DNA from: Somniosus microcephalus
Lineage: Eukaryota
DNA: 64,000 bases
Assembly (NCBI GenBank): GCA_052327205.1
Contig: CM126215.1
Span: forward strand, 97,526,001 to 97,590,000
Reading direction: 5' to 3'
Part shown: positions 25,030 to 37,629 of the stretch, in pieces
Layout of the letters: the number at the start of each line of letters is the position of its first letter
Position numbering within the stretch: position 1 is the stretch's first letter
Position numbers and translations under genes: made by a program
Notes under the pieces: generated by a model
Database searches by the model: none
What the model was told of the DNA's origin: nothing
Seen by the model: only the letters and a program-made list of their open reading frames with translations

Positions 25030-25508
25030 ATTAGTCCTCCTTGACTTTTCTGCATTCTTTGACACAGTAGATCACTTCACCCATTTCCAACTCCTTTTCT
25101 CCGTTGCTCAACTCAATGGGATTGCCCTCACTTGGTTCCACTTTTATCTATTCAATCATAGCCAGAGCATCTCCAGCAATGACTTCTATTCTCTACCCTG
25201 CACCATTACCTCTGGACTCCCCAAGGATCTATCCTTGGCTCCGTCCACTTCTTTATCTATCTTTATCTATATCTATCTTGTTGACATCATCCACAGTCAT
25301 GTGGTCAGCTTCCACATATATGTTGTCGACAGACAGTTCTATCTCTCCACCATCTCTCTCGATACATCCATTGCCTCCAAGTTGTCAGACTGCTTGTCCG
25401 ATATCCAGTCTTGGATACATAGATACATAGAAGATAGGAGCAGGAGTAGGCCATTCGGCCCTTCGTGCCTGCTCCGCCATTTAATGAGATCATGGCTGAT
25501 CCTTTAAT

Positions 25509-28376
25509 TCAGTATCCCGTCCCCGCCTTCTCTCCGTAACCCTTAACCCCTTTTGCCCGTAGAAATATATCTAATTCCCTCTTAAATATATTTAATGAGC
25601 TGGCGTACACTGCCCTCTGTGGCAATGAGTTCCACAGGTTCACCACTCTCTGAGTGAAGAAATTCCCCCTCATCTCTGTCCTAAATGGTTTAGCCCTTAT
25701 CCTTAAATTATGTCCTCTAGTTCTGTTCTCACCCGCCAAGGGAAACATTCCTTCTGCATCCAGTCTGTCTAGACCTGTCAGAATTTTATACACTTCTATG
25801 AGGTCCCCTCTCAATCTTCTAAACTCCAGTGTGTACATCCCTAAACTACATAGTCTCTCCTCATAGGTCATTCCCGCCATTCCTGGTATCAGCCTGGTGA
25901 ATCGCCGCTGCACCCCCTCCATGGCAAGAACATCCTTCCTCAGATGAGGCGACCAAAACTGTACACAGTACTCGAGGTGTGGTCTCACCAGTGCCCTGTA
26001 CAGCTGCAGCAAGGTATCCCTGTTCCTGTATTCTAACCCTTTTGCTATGAAGGCCAGCATACCGTTTGCCTTCTTGACCACCTGTTGCACCTGCATGCTC
26101 GCCTTCAGTGACTGGTGTACAAGAACACCCAGGTCTCTCTGTACTTCCCCCTCTCCCAATCTATTGCCATTTAAATAATAATTTGCCCTCCCGTTCCTGC
26201 ACCCAAGGTGGATAACTTCGCACTTGTCCACATTATAGTGCATCTGCCATTTATCCGCCCAATCGCCCAGTCTGTCCAAATCGCTCTGGAGCTTCCTGGT
26301 CTCTTCCTCTGAGCCCACCCCACCTCCTAGTTTAGTGTCGTCTGCAAATTTGGAAATGCTGCATCCGACTCCCTGATCCAGGTCATTAATGTAAATTGTG
26401 AACAGCTGGGGGCCCAGGACAGATCCCTGTGGTACCCCACTTGTTACTGCCTGCCATTCAGAAAATGAGCCGTTTATTCCAACTCTCTGTTTTCTATCTG
26501 ACAGCCAGTTCCCTATCCACGCCAAAACTTTCCCCTTTATCCCATGAGCCTCAATTTTCCATGCTAATCTTTTATGTGGGACCTTATCGAAGGCCTTTTG
26601 GAAGTCCAGGTACACCACATCTACTGGCTCTCCCCCATCTATTCTACCAGTTACTCCCTCAAAAAATTCCAATAGATTAGTCAAGCACGATTTACCCTTT
26701 GTAAATCCATGTTGACTCTGTCCTATCCTGTCCCCATTTGCTAAGTGCTCCGCTATTTCATCCTTAATGATGGACTCCAGCATTTTGCCCACAACTGATG
26801 TAAGGCTTACAGGTCTGTAATTACCTGCTTTTTCCCTACCCCCCTTTTTGAATAGTGGGGTAACGTTAGCTACCCTCCAATCCATCGGCACTGTTCCCGA
26901 GTCTAATGAATTCTGAAAAATCATCCTTAGTGCATCCGCTATCTCTAGGGCCACCTCCTTCAGTACCCTAGGATGCATGTTATCAGGCCCTGGGGATTTG
27001 TCCACCTTCAATCCCTTTAGCTTCCTTAACACCATATCCTTAGAGATATTGATTTGCGTCAGTTCCTCCTTTGCCAATGTCCCTATTTTTCCCGATATCC
27101 CAGGGAGGTTTTTTGTGTCTTCCTTCGTAAAGACTGACCCAAAGTATGCATTTAGTTGATCTGCCATTTCCTTATTTCCCATTATATATTCCCCCGTATC
27201 TGACTGCAATGGACCAACTTTGGTTTTCACCAGTCTTTTCCTTTTGATATATTTATAAAAGCTTTTGGAGTTAGTTTTTATATTTTCCGCCAGCTTGTTT
27301 TCGTAAGCTATTTTGCCCCTCTTGATCATGCCCTTTGCCCTCCTTTGCTCTATCTTAAACTGTTCCCAATCTTCCGCTCTGGCGCTTTTTTTGGCTATTT
27401 TATACGCCCTATCTTTGGATTTTATGCTGTCTCTAATTTCCCCTGTTATCCACGGTTGAGTCACCTTTTTAGATTTCCTTTTATGCCAGATTGGTATAAA
27501 CAATTTTTGCAATTTTGTCATTCTATCTTTAAATGTTTGCCATTGTTTATCTACCTCCAGTCCTCTCAGGAACGTTGTCCAATCAGACCTACTCAGTTCC
27601 CGTCTCATGGCATCATAATTCCCCTTGTTTAAATTCAGGACCTTAGTCTCTGAGTCAATTTCTTCGCTCTCCATTTCGAGTGAGAAATCGATCATGTTAT
27701 GATCGCTCTGACCCAAGGGTCCCCGTACAACAAGATTACTGATTAGTCCCTTCTCATTGCACAGTACCCAGTCCAATATAGCCTGTTCCCGAGTTGGTTC
27801 CTCGACATATTGATCCAGATAACCATCCCTTAAACACTCAAGGAATTCCTCCTCCTCATTATTTTTACTGATTAGGCTAGTCCAATCTATATGTAAGTTA
27901 AAGTCACCTATGATGACAGCTGTGCTCTTATTGCACGCTTCTCTAATTTCCCTCGTGATGCCCTCCCTAACCTCTATTTTACTATTTGGAGGCCTATATA
28001 CCACTCCTATTAATGTTTTTCGCCCCTCGCTATTTCTTAGCTCCACCCATATAGATTCTGTATTAACTGAGTTAATATCCTTCCTTTCAATTGCATTTAT
28101 CCCCTCTTTTACTAGCAATGCTACCCCTCCTCCCTTTCTTTTTTGTCGATCCTTCCTAAATACTGAATACCCCTGTATGTTAAGCTCCCAGCCCTGCTCA
28201 CCCTGCAACCATGTTTCCGTAATCCCAATTAGATCATAATTATTAACCTCTATTTCCACAGCTAATTCATCTACCTTGTTCCTGATGCTTCTCGCATTAA
28301 GGTATAAAACCCTCAGGCTTTTTTTATGCTCACATTTTTTATGAATTAGTTTGGCCCTTTGTTTTTTGTTCCTCAC
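25509..28376 (-). CDS. CR1 ORF2: APE endonuclease plus reverse transcriptase (frame open upstream to the ORF1 stop; no AUG start)
   Basis: 955 aa uninterrupted, with YLNARS, GITETW, GDFN, SDHN, YLDFQKAFD, GVPQGSVLGP and FADD. The annotated start is GTG. Confidence 0.95.
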   Translation of the reverse strand: MRNKKQRAKLIHKKCEHKKSLRVLYLNARSIRNKVDELAVEIEVNNYDLIGITETWLQGEQGWELNIQGYSVFRKDRQKRKGGGVALLVKEGINAIERKDINSVNTESIWVELRNSEGRKTLIGVVYRPPNSKIEVREGITREIREACNKSTAVIIGDFNLHIDWTSLISKNNEEEEFLECLRDGYLDQYVEEPTREQAILDWVLCNEKGLISNLVVRGPLGQSDHNMIDFSLEMESEEIDSETKVLNLNKGNYDAMRRELSRSDWTTFLRGLEVDKQWQTFKDRMTKLQKLFIPIWHKRKSKKVTQPWITGEIRDSIKSKDRAYKIAKKSARAEDWEQFKIEQRRAKGMIKRGKIAYENKLAENIKTNSKSFYKYIKRKRLVKTKVGPLQSDTGEYIMGNKEMADQLNAYFGSVFTKEDTKNLPGISGKIGTLAKEELTQINISKDMVLRKLKGLKVDKSPGPDNMHPRVLKEVALEIADALRMIFQNSLDSGTVPMDWRVANVTPLFKKGGREKAGNYRPVSLTSVVGKMLESIIKDEIAEHLANGDRIGQSQHGFTKGKSCLTNLLEFFEGVTGRIDGGEPVDVVYLDFQKAFDKVPHKRLAWKIEAHGIKGKVLAWIGNWLSDRKQRVGINGSFSEWQAVTSGVPQGSVLGPQLFTIYINDLDQGVGCSISKFADDTKLGGGVGSEEETRKLQSDLDRLGDWADKWQMHYNVDKCEVIHLGCRNGRANYYLNGNRLGEGEVQRDLGVLVHQSLKASMQVQQVVKKANGMLAFIAKGLEYRNRDTLLQLYRALVRPHLEYCVQFWSPHLRKDVLAMEGVQRRFTRLIPGMAGMTYEERLCSLGMYTLEFRRLRGDLIEVYKILTGLDRLDAEGMFPLAGENRTRGHNLRIRAKPFRTEMRGNFFTQRVVNLWNSLPQRAVYASSLNIFKRELDIFLRAKGVKGYGEKAGTGY

Positions 28377-28450
28377 CCTTTTACCATTTATTTCTGTCTG
28401 CCTTTCACTTTCCTCTATTTCACTACATAGGTTTCTAGCCCCCTGCCATA

Positions 28451-29398
28451 CTAGTTTAAATGCTCCCGAACTGCTTTATCAAAAATTACCCCGAGAACAT
28501 CAGTTCCATCTCTGCACAGGTGTAGACCGTCCCTTTTGTATAGGTCACACCTACCACAAAACTGGTTCCAATGCCTCAAAAATTTAAAACCCTCCCTCTT
28601 ACACCACTGCTCAAGCCACGTATTTAGCCTAACTATCCTGTTCTCTGTACTCTTACTAGCACGTGGCACTGGTAGTAATCCAGAGATTACTACCTTCGAG
28701 GTCCTACTTTTTAGCTTGGCTCCTAACTCCCTAAATTCTACTTGTAGGACCTCTTCCCTTTTTTTAGCTACGTCGTTGGTACCAACATGTATCACGACAA
28801 CTGGCTGTTCCCCCTCCCCCTCCAGAATGTTCTGCACCCGCGTCGAGACATCCTTGACCCTTGCACCAGGGAGGCAACATACCATCCTGGAGTCTCGGTC
28901 GCGACCACAGAAACCCCTATCTATTCCCCTTACAATCGAATCCCCTATTACTATAGCCCTGCCACTCTTTTTCCCTCCCTTCTTTGCAACAGAGCCAGTC
29001 ATGGTGCCATGAGCCTGGCTGCTGGTGCCTTCCCCCGATGCGTCACCCCCCCCGACAACAGTACCTAAGACGGTGAACCTGTTGCTAAGGGAGACAACCC
29101 CAGGGGATTTCTGCACTACCTTCCTGCCCTTGCTCTGCCTTTTGGTCACCCATGTACTGTCTACGCTGGCCTTAACCTGCGGTGTGACCAACTCACTAAA
29201 TGTGCTATCCACACCCCTCTCAGAATCGTGGATGCTCCAAAGTGAGTCCATCTGCAGCTCAAGGGCCGTCATGCGGTCCCACATGAGCTGCAGCTGGACA
29301 CACTTCCCGCACACATAGTCGTCAGGGACACAGGAAGCGTCCCTGATTTCCCACATGTTACAGGAGGAGCATGACACAGGTCCGAGCTCTACTGCCAT
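28451..29398 (-). CDS. CR1 ORF1: N-terminal zinc finger/coiled coil plus SGNH/GDSL esterase domain
   Basis: 315 aa with CSSC..CGKC, IVIGDSIVRG, IHVGTND and DGLHL. Confidence 0.93.
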   Translation of the reverse strand: MAVELGPVSCSSCNMWEIRDASCVPDDYVCGKCVQLQLMWDRMTALELQMDSLWSIHDSERGVDSTFSELVTPQVKASVDSTWVTKRQSKGRKVVQKSPGVVSLSNRFTVLGTVVGGGDASGEGTSSQAHGTMTGSVAKKGGKKSGRAIVIGDSIVRGIDRGFCGRDRDSRMVCCLPGARVKDVSTRVQNILEGEGEQPVVVIHVGTNDVAKKREEVLQVEFRELGAKLKSRTSKVVISGLLPVPRASKSTENRIVRLNTWLEQWCKREGFKFLRHWNQFCGRCDLYKRDGLHLCRDGTDVLGVIFDKAVREHLN

Positions 29399-30692
29399 GA
29401 CTTAACCCTTATATTACTTTTTAATTTTCTAGTTTTAGTTTATTTATCGACTTTTGTTTTCCCGAAGCTTACTTAGACCAATGTATACTGTACTCCTCTT
29501 ATTCCTTTTTAAACTAACCAAATCCCACTAGTTTTGGTTTTACTTTCTAGGAAGGTTTGAGGAAAGTACTTACCAGTTAGTCTTACCTCCCTGGTCTTTC
29601 GCTGACTTCCCGGTCTTGTGTCCCCTTGGTCCTACGCCGACTTCCCGCTCCTCCCGGTTCCTGCCCTGCCCGGATGAGCCGCAATTTTCTCCAGTTAAAT
29701 AGTGGGAAGACTAAAACCATTGTCTTAGGCCCCTGCCCCAAATTCTGTACTCACCACCGATTCTTCCCCCTCTCTGGACATTGTCTTAGGCTGAACCAGA
29801 CTAGTCACAATCTCGGCATCCTATGTGATCCTGAGCTGAGCTTTCAACCCTATATCCATCACAAAGGCTGCCTACATCCACATCCATAACATTGCCTGCA
29901 TCTACCTGTGTCACAGCTCATCTGCCACTGAAACGCTCTCCATGTGTTTGTCACCTCCAGACTGGACTATTCCAACATCCTCCTGGCTGGCTTTCCATTC
30001 TCTACCCTCCATAAACTTCAGCTCATTAAAACTCTGCTGCCTCTATCATATCCTGCAGCAAGTCCGGCTCACTCATCACTCTTGTTCTTGCTGACCTACA
30101 TTGGGTTCTGGTACCCAACACTTCAAATTTAAAATTCACACCCTCGTGTTTAAATCCCATCATGGCCTTTCCCCTCACCCTCTCTGTAACCCCCCTGCAG
30201 CCCTACAATTCCCACCGCCTCTGAACTCTTTGTTCTTCTAAATCTGGCCTTTTGTGCATCCACCCTCCTTTCGCCCCGCCAGTAAAATTCATCTACATTA
30301 ACAGAACTGTGTTAAAAATCTCTTAAACACAGCCTCAGGCAGTATTTGAAGAGACTGTTTTACAAATTCATCATCCAATTAAGATGAGAATCTGACCATT
30401 CTTTCTGCCTTCTGGTTAAGGAATGAAGCATCAGGAACAAACATTAAGACAAAGTCTGGGACACTTATGCCTCTCTGCAAAGTGAAATGCAGAGAATGGT
30501 CTTGAATGAATCATTGAGAAACCATGTACTGTACCATTAATACTATAAAAAGCCAGCTGTAACTAAGTGCGTCACATTGTCAGTTATGTATGAGTTAAGC
30601 ACTTGTAAACAACGTAGGCTTTTCCTCCATCTAGTAAATTGGATTGATTGGGCTCTCCACTGTTCCATGGTGCTTGGATGCTAGATAATGTA

Positions 30693-31257
30693 GGGTGGAA
30701 ATTGGTTATTGCCCATTTTATGGGTCCATAACCAACAGCATGCCAACTGCGCAAGCCCCAACCGGGAGGCCTATGGTCGGCCTGAAATTGGTCCTTGAGC
30801 CTCATTAACATTTTTGAACCAGCTGCCGGTGCCTGACGCACCTTCACTGGCAGCTCGCATATTTTACTAAGAAGCAGCTCTAAGGTTAAGACTCAGGAGG
30901 GAGGTTGGACCGGCAACGAGGGGCGGGAGGCTAAATGCAAGGACAGTGAAGTTGAGGGAGCACTGCTGCTAAACGTTTTAAAAATATTTTTAAAACCTTA
31001 CCTTTTGTTGGCGATCGTTGCTTAGCCACAGCGATCGCTCAACAATCCCAAGCAGAGCAGACCCAACTCCTCCTCCAATCAACCCAAACTAATCTCTGCA
31101 AGGACCGTCCAGGGTGCCTGAAAACCCGGCTTTACTGATATGGTAGAGCCCGTAACACAGGCGCAGATTGGACACGGGACATTGCGTCCCGAAATTGGTC
31201 CTTTCTGCCCCCATTTTCTGCCTGGAAAATGAACGTAATGAGGACTAATTTCTACCA
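30693..31257. mobile_element. Harbinger-like non-autonomous element
   Basis: Imperfect terminal inverted repeats GGGTGGAAATTG / CTAATTTCTACCA with a GC-richer interior. Termini resemble those at 55915-56652. Confidence 0.5.
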
Positions 31258-31977
31258 GTGTGTGTTTACCTTCTTCCTTTGCATTTCATGGGATCTTTTA
31301 TGAACATTCATCCTACAGGGATGGGACAGCCTAAGATAAAATTCTGGTTATTACTACCAGGCAAAACAATATTTGTACTTTTATATTCAAGTTTGATGGA
31401 TGATCCCACCTTCAAAGATGCAAATGTCTATAAAAGAATGCCATGCTTCCAGGTTATTAGTGATTTTCTCGGTCTAAGCTTGTCAGAGGAAGTGATCCAC
31501 AACAAAATTTATGTTATGTACATTCTCATCAAGAGAAACATCCTGCAACCAACAGATTGTGCGGGTGTTGTGCTTACTGCACTATTTATTTGTATGTGGA
31601 GCAAGTTGAATGCTTGAGAGAAGTTAAATTAATCCTCTGTAGTTGATCTTCACATCTTTAAACAATTATGGATAGGGTAGAGTTCCCAGTTGGATAAATT
31701 GAAAATGGTCTGGAAGGAGCAGGCTTGAGGGGCTAAATGGTCCTTTCTCATTGCATTCTTTCTAGTGTTACAATAAATGACACTTGGCAGTATGATAGCT
31801 CTGCATTGCTTTTTAAATAATATTGCTTGCATTTTTATATCATTTTATCATGTCAAAATGTTTCAAAGTGCTTTACATAGTGAATTACTTTAGAAGTGCA
31901 TTTATGGCTGTTATGTGTCTGTGTTTAAGTGGTGATAGAACTCAGAATTAAGACATTCGCTACTTTGCACTGTGACA

Positions 31978-32090
31978 GAACATAAGAACATAAGAAATAG
32001 GAGAAGGAGTAGGTCATACGGCCCCTCGAGCCTGCTCCGCCATTCAATAAGATCACGGCTGATCTTCGACCTCAAAACCACTTTCCCACA
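31978..32090 (-). mobile_element. CR1 3' end fragment
   Basis: (AGAACATA)n tail plus the CR1 3'UTR. Confidence 0.85.
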
Positions 32091-33545
32091 TCTGGCACTC
32101 CCAGATCAGGACTGAAAGGAAATAAAAACAGAAAAAGCTGGAAATACTCAGCAGGTCAGCCAGTATCTGTGGAGAGAGAAACAGAGTTAACGTTTGAGGT
32201 CGATGACCTTTGTCAGAGCTGGAAAAAGCTGGCGATGTAACAGATTTTAAGCAAGTGCAAGGGTGGGGAAAGGGGGGAGGGGAGGAAAGAATAAAGGGAA
32301 GGTCTGTGATAGGGTGGAAGGCAGGAGAGATTAAATGACAAAATATATGATTGTACAAAGCAAAAGGAGATGGTAATGGGAGAAGTAAAGAAACAAAAGG
32401 TGGATCTAGAAGAGGTGTAAATGGATATAGCAGAACCATGAACTGCTGTCATCTGAACAAATAGGGGCAGAGGTTGTGGACTGAAATTGTTGAACTCTAT
32501 GTTAAGTCCAGAAGGCTGTAAAGTGCTTAATCGAAAGATGAGGTGCTGTTCCTCGAGCTTACGTTGAGCTTCGTTGGAAAAGTGTAGGAAGCTGAGGATG
32601 GAGAGGTCAGAGTGGGAGTGGAGCGGAGAATTAAAGTGACAGGCGACCGGAAGCTCGGTGTCACGCTTGCGGACTGAATGTAATTGGAAGAAGCACTGAG
32701 AGTAGCAAGGGCACAGAATGTACGCTGGGTGGTGGACTTCAATGTCCATCACCAAGAGTGGCTCGGTAGCACCACTACTGACTGAGCTGGCCGAGTCCTG
32801 AAGGACATAGCTGCCAGTCTGAGCCGGCGACAGGTGGCAAGAGAACTGTTGTGTATGTACCTTTAATGGAATAACTGGTCTCAGACTGCAGTACCGGCAG
32901 TGACCACCCCTGTATAAAAGGCGCTAGCAAGCCTCTGTAGTTTCAGTTTCCCGATTGACTCCATTCAGTAAAGACTTGTTTAAATCAACTCCTGCTGTCC
33001 GTGTCTCAATTATACACGGACATAATATTGGCGACGAGCAGATACGAACTTACCTACAGTCTGCACCACCTCCTGGGATCAATTCCTGAAGTGAAGTGAG
33101 CAGAGGTCGAGGCCAGAAGGAAGAAAGAAGCAGTAGAAATGGGCGTCGACTGTGGGCATCCGCCCCTGAGTCAGCGAAGTTGAAGATTGCTGGAGAAGCT
33201 GTCGAGAGCGGGGCCTGGTTCCTGTCGACGGTGCTTCAGCTAATCGGGCTGGTGGCAGGTAGTACACTGATCCTTCCTGGGCTGCAGCGGTCACAAACTC
33301 GAGCGGGTGGCTTGCAACGGGGCCGAGCAGCGTTGTCGGGAAGAGGAGAGAGAGAGAGGGTGGAGCACACAGGGCGCGGCCGGTGCTACGAAGCTGGGCA
33401 GCATACGGACCTGAGAAGAGGGAGGCAAGAGTCCCACAGGGTTGTTCCATGATGGGAAAATAATAAAAAAAGAAATATTAAACGCGCAGGAAACCGCGAG
33501 GAGCTGCAGGTTGCAACAGAAACCGCGGAAAGCAGCGCTAGCAAC

Positions 33546-33667
33546 AGCGGGGAAGAAGGCAAAGCGCGGGAGGCACCATCTTAATCAGCGGGGAAGAAGG
33601 CAAAGCGCGGGAGGCGCCATTTTGTTAAAGCGGGGAAGAAGGCAAAGCACGGGAGGCGCCATTTAAG
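33546..33667 (+). repeat. Three ~41-bp tandem repeats in the Gypsy C leader
   Basis: AGCGGGGAAGAAGGCAAAGCGCGGGAGGCRCCAT.. repeated three times just before the gag ATG at 33677. Confidence 0.9.
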
Positions 33668-33676
33668 ATTTTCAAG

Positions 33677-36600
33677 ATGCCGAAGACTGGCTGTATCACT
33701 GCCTTTGATAATACAATAGAGGACTGGACCACGTATGTGAAAAGAGTCGAGGTATATTGTGAGGCAAACAAAATAGCCGATGAGAAAAAGGCATCGCTAT
33801 TGCTAAACTTAATGGGCGCTAGAACGTATGGCCTATTGCGGGACCTGATTACTCCAGCCAAACCGAAGGCGAAGAGTTTTAACGAAATTGTTGCCGTCCT
33901 ACAGGAACACCTAAACCCTGCACCGCTGCTGATAGCAGAAAGATTTAAGTTCCACAGGAGAACTCAGCATAAAGATGAGAGCAATGCTGAGTACCTTACG
34001 GAACTACACAAGCTATCAAAGCACTGCCAGTTCGGAGCAGGACTGGCAGATACCCTACGGGACAAATTTGTCTGTGGACTCCTGAGTGAAGGAACACAGA
34101 AGTTACTCTCAGAGAAAGAGCTGACGCTAGATAAAGCTTTCAGCGTGGCAGTATCGTACGAAGCAGCAGCCAGGGGAGCTGCGGAAATACAACAAAAGCC
34201 ACAGGAATACGGCACCCACGAAATGGCATGGGGATTTGCAAAATGTTATCGCTGCGGCAGAACTAACCATGACCAGAAGGACTGCTGGTCCAAGGACAAA
34301 ATATGCGGGCAATGCGGAAAGATGGGACACATTGCACGAGTTTGCAGGTCTGGGAAGAAGACCAGCGACAACAAAAAGGCTACTAAGGAACCGTACAAGA
34401 AAGTACAAAAGATGACGGACAGTAGTTCCGAAGACCAGATGAGCGATAGTGAACCCGGGAACAAGAGAGTAAGCTGTCTCAAACTTCACAATGTAATCGC
34501 AAAAGAGGATCACCGAACCATTTGGGTCACCCTCACGATAGCAGGGTCCCAAGTTAAAATGGAATTGGATACAGGATCAGCGCTAACCGTCATGAATCGA
34601 CGAGACTACGAGCGGCTATTCTCACACATACCCTTGAGAGAGACATCCATCGTCTTGACGACGTATACGGGGCAAAAAGTATACCCCAGAGGAAAAATAA
34701 GGGTGCCTGTCGAATACAACGGCAAGAAAATACGGAAATTGTATCTCTACATACTGCAAAATGGTGGACCACCGTTATTGGGACATGAATGGATCAGGAA
34801 GATAAGCTTAGATTGGCACTCCATTCATGCAATGACGGTGGATGGTAAAAAAGATGAAGACGTCACTCCTGGACGATTGTCAACAATCTTAGCTGATGCC
34901 AAAGAGGTATTTCAACAAGAACTGGGCACTCTTAAAGGCGTAACCGCCTCAATAAAAATAGAAGAGAATGCAATTCCCAAGTTTTTCAAAGCAAGACCAG
35001 TACCATATGCAATTCGCCCAGCCGTCAAGGCAGAGCTGGAGAATCTGGAGAAGGCAGGCGTGTTGTCTAAGGTCAACTGGAGCGAGTGGGCGACACCCAT
35101 CGTTCCTGTCATGAAGAAAATGTTAAGCAATAAGTCTGAGGAGCCAAGGAAGGTTCGCATCTGTGGGGACTTCAAGGTGATGGTGAACCCAGTCCTTCAC
35201 ACAGTACAATATCCTCTTCCAAGGATAGAAGACATCTTCGCCTCACTATCTGGAGGGAAGCGTTTTACAAAAATTGACCTAGCACAAGCATATTTGCAGA
35301 TGGAGGTTGAAGAATCCTCTAGGAAGTATCTCACGATAAACACTCACAAAGGTCTTTACCAGTATCATCGATTGGTATTCGGGGTAGCATCGGCTCCGGT
35401 GATATGGCAAAGAGCGATGGAACAAGTCCTGCAAGGGATTCCGGGGACTCAGTGTTACTTGGACAACATCCTTGTGACAGGTGAAGATGACAGTGAACAC
35501 CTTAACAACCTAGAACAGGTGCTCACTAGACTACGGGAACATGGGCTACGAGCCAACCGCCCCAAGTGCGAGTTTTTTAAGAAACAGATATCGTATTGTG
35601 GCCACTCGATTGATGAAGAGGGGTTACATAAGTCCCCTGACAAAATTGAAGCAGTTGTTAAGGCCCCAGCGCCTGAAAATGTGTCGCAACTGAGGTCATT
35701 CCTCGGATTGGTGAATTACTACCATAAGTTTTTACCAAATTTGTCCACAATTCTGCACCCACTGAACGCCCTACTACGAACGGGAGTAGCATGGAAATGG
35801 AGCAATGACTGTAAGCGGGCCTTTCAGAAGAGTAAGGACTTAATCACTTCAAGAGAAGTATTGGCTCACTACAACCCAGCGCTGCCGATCAGACTGGCGT
35901 GTGATGCGTCTCCCTATGGCATTGGGGCGGTACTGTCACATAAATTCCTTGATGGTTTAGAGAGGCCGATAGCTTTTGCGTCATGCTCGTTAACTTCTGC
36001 CGAGCGTAACTACGCCAGATTGACAGAGAGGCCCTCAGCCTAGTGTGGGGGGTGAAGAAGTTCAATCACTACCTGCACGGTCATAAATTTACTCTACTAA
36101 CTGATCATCAACTTCTTGTCTCCATTTTCAACCCTCAGAAGGGCGTACCGATAATGACAGCACAACGGCTGCAGAGGTGGTCCCTTTTCCTAGGGGCACA
36201 CCAATATGACATCAAGTACAAAGGAACTAAACAGCATGGGAATGCTGATGGATTGTCGCGCCTACCGTTGCCAACGGCGGAAGAAGACCTTGCAGTGGAT
36301 CCAATGGAGATATTCCACTTGACCATAGTCGAATGTCTCCCTGTGACGAATGCAAACATAGAAAAGGAAACACGAAATGACCCGACACTATTCCGGGTCT
36401 ATGATTTAACGGTGAAGGGATGGCCAGCACATGGCGAACCACTGCTGCCAGCATTCTCGCCGAGAAGAGAACAGCTGTCAGTGTGCAGAGGAACCTTGAT
36501 GTGTGGATCCAGAGTAGTAATTCCACCCAAATTGCAGGATAGAGTGCTCAATGAGCTTCATGAGGGTCATCTGGAAGGGGTAAAAATGAAGAACTTAGCC

Positions 36601-37629
36601 AGAGCGTTTGTGTGGTGGCCGGGAATCGATAGAGAAATCGAAGAGATGACCAAGTGCTGTACAGGATGCCAGAAGGTCCAAAACGCCCCACCACAAGCTC
36701 CTCTACATCCATGGGAGTGGCCCTCATCTCCATGGCAAAGGGTGCACATTGATTTTGCTGGTCCCTTCATGGACTCGATGTTTTTAATTGCGGTGGATGC
36801 ACATTCAAAGTGGCCAGAGGTAGTAAAAATGTCCTCAACCACCACAGAAAAAACTATCACAGTTTTACGAACCATATTCGCCAGGAATGGGCTGCCTGAA
36901 CAGATTTGCTCTGACAATGGACCACAGTTTGTGTCTGAAGAGTTCCGGAGGTTCTTAAAGAACAATGGTGTTAAGCATTACACATCTGCCCCATATCATC
37001 CAGCCACTAATGGATTGGCCGAGAGGTTTGTTCAAACATTCAAGAAGGCTATCAAGGCAATGTGTAATGAAGATATACCTCTACAACACAAGGTGGACAA
37101 CTTCTTGTTTGCCTACCGGAATGCGACACATGCGGTTACCAACCAAACTCCAGCCATGATGTTCTTCAATCGAAGACTACGATGCCACTTGGATTTGGTT
37201 AAGCCAAACGTCCGAAAAGATGTGGCGAACAGGCAGTTTCAGAATATGAATGAAAGGTCGACCAGGAGTTTTAAGATAGGTCAACCAGTTTTGGCCCGGG
37301 ACTACCGCACTGAGAAATGGCAGCCAGGAACGATTTGTACACAGCAAGGACCTCTCATGTATACCATGGACGTTGGAGAGAGCATTGTAAGACGCCATGC
37401 TGACCAGATTCTAGAGTCACTGGAAAACGTCAACTCCACACCACGATCTGATACACCTGGCAATGAAATCGACGTACCAATTGCAGCTACCGCAGAATCG
37501 GTGATATTGGAAGCAGATGAACCAAACAACGACATGGATCCAGACTCAACCTTGCCAGAAGAACCCGATACCCCAAAGAGGCGTTATCCAGACAGAATCA
37601 GGAAGCCTCCTCAAAGGCTGAACTTATAA
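33677..37629 (+). pseudogene. Gypsy C gag-pol polyprotein (single ORF broken by one frameshift near 36020)
   Basis: 788-aa ORF (gag with two CCHC, LDTGS, RT with YLDN, ACDAS) plus a 528-aa ORF (RNase H end, HHCC, DDE integrase). Confidence 0.93.

Larger units (their letters stand above)
25417..29671 (-). mobile_element. Full-length CR1 LINE with intact ORF1 and ORF2
   Basis: GC-rich 5'UTR, two open ORFs, 3'UTR with (CTATGTAT)n tail. GGAT is duplicated at 25413-25416 and 29672-29675. Confidence 0.96.
24620..30280 (+). mobile_element. Old L2-type LINE fragment split by a hAT MITE and a full-length CR1
   Basis: RT remnants (NYHPIFNL, CLSDIQSW|MSRNFLQLN..KT, SRLDYSNILLAG) are colinear across 25416/29672. 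Confidence 0.8.

Noticed and set aside
17352-29675. Shared GGAT target duplication for the solo LTR and the full-length CR1
   Set aside because: A 4-bp match between mechanistically unrelated elements is most likely coincidence.
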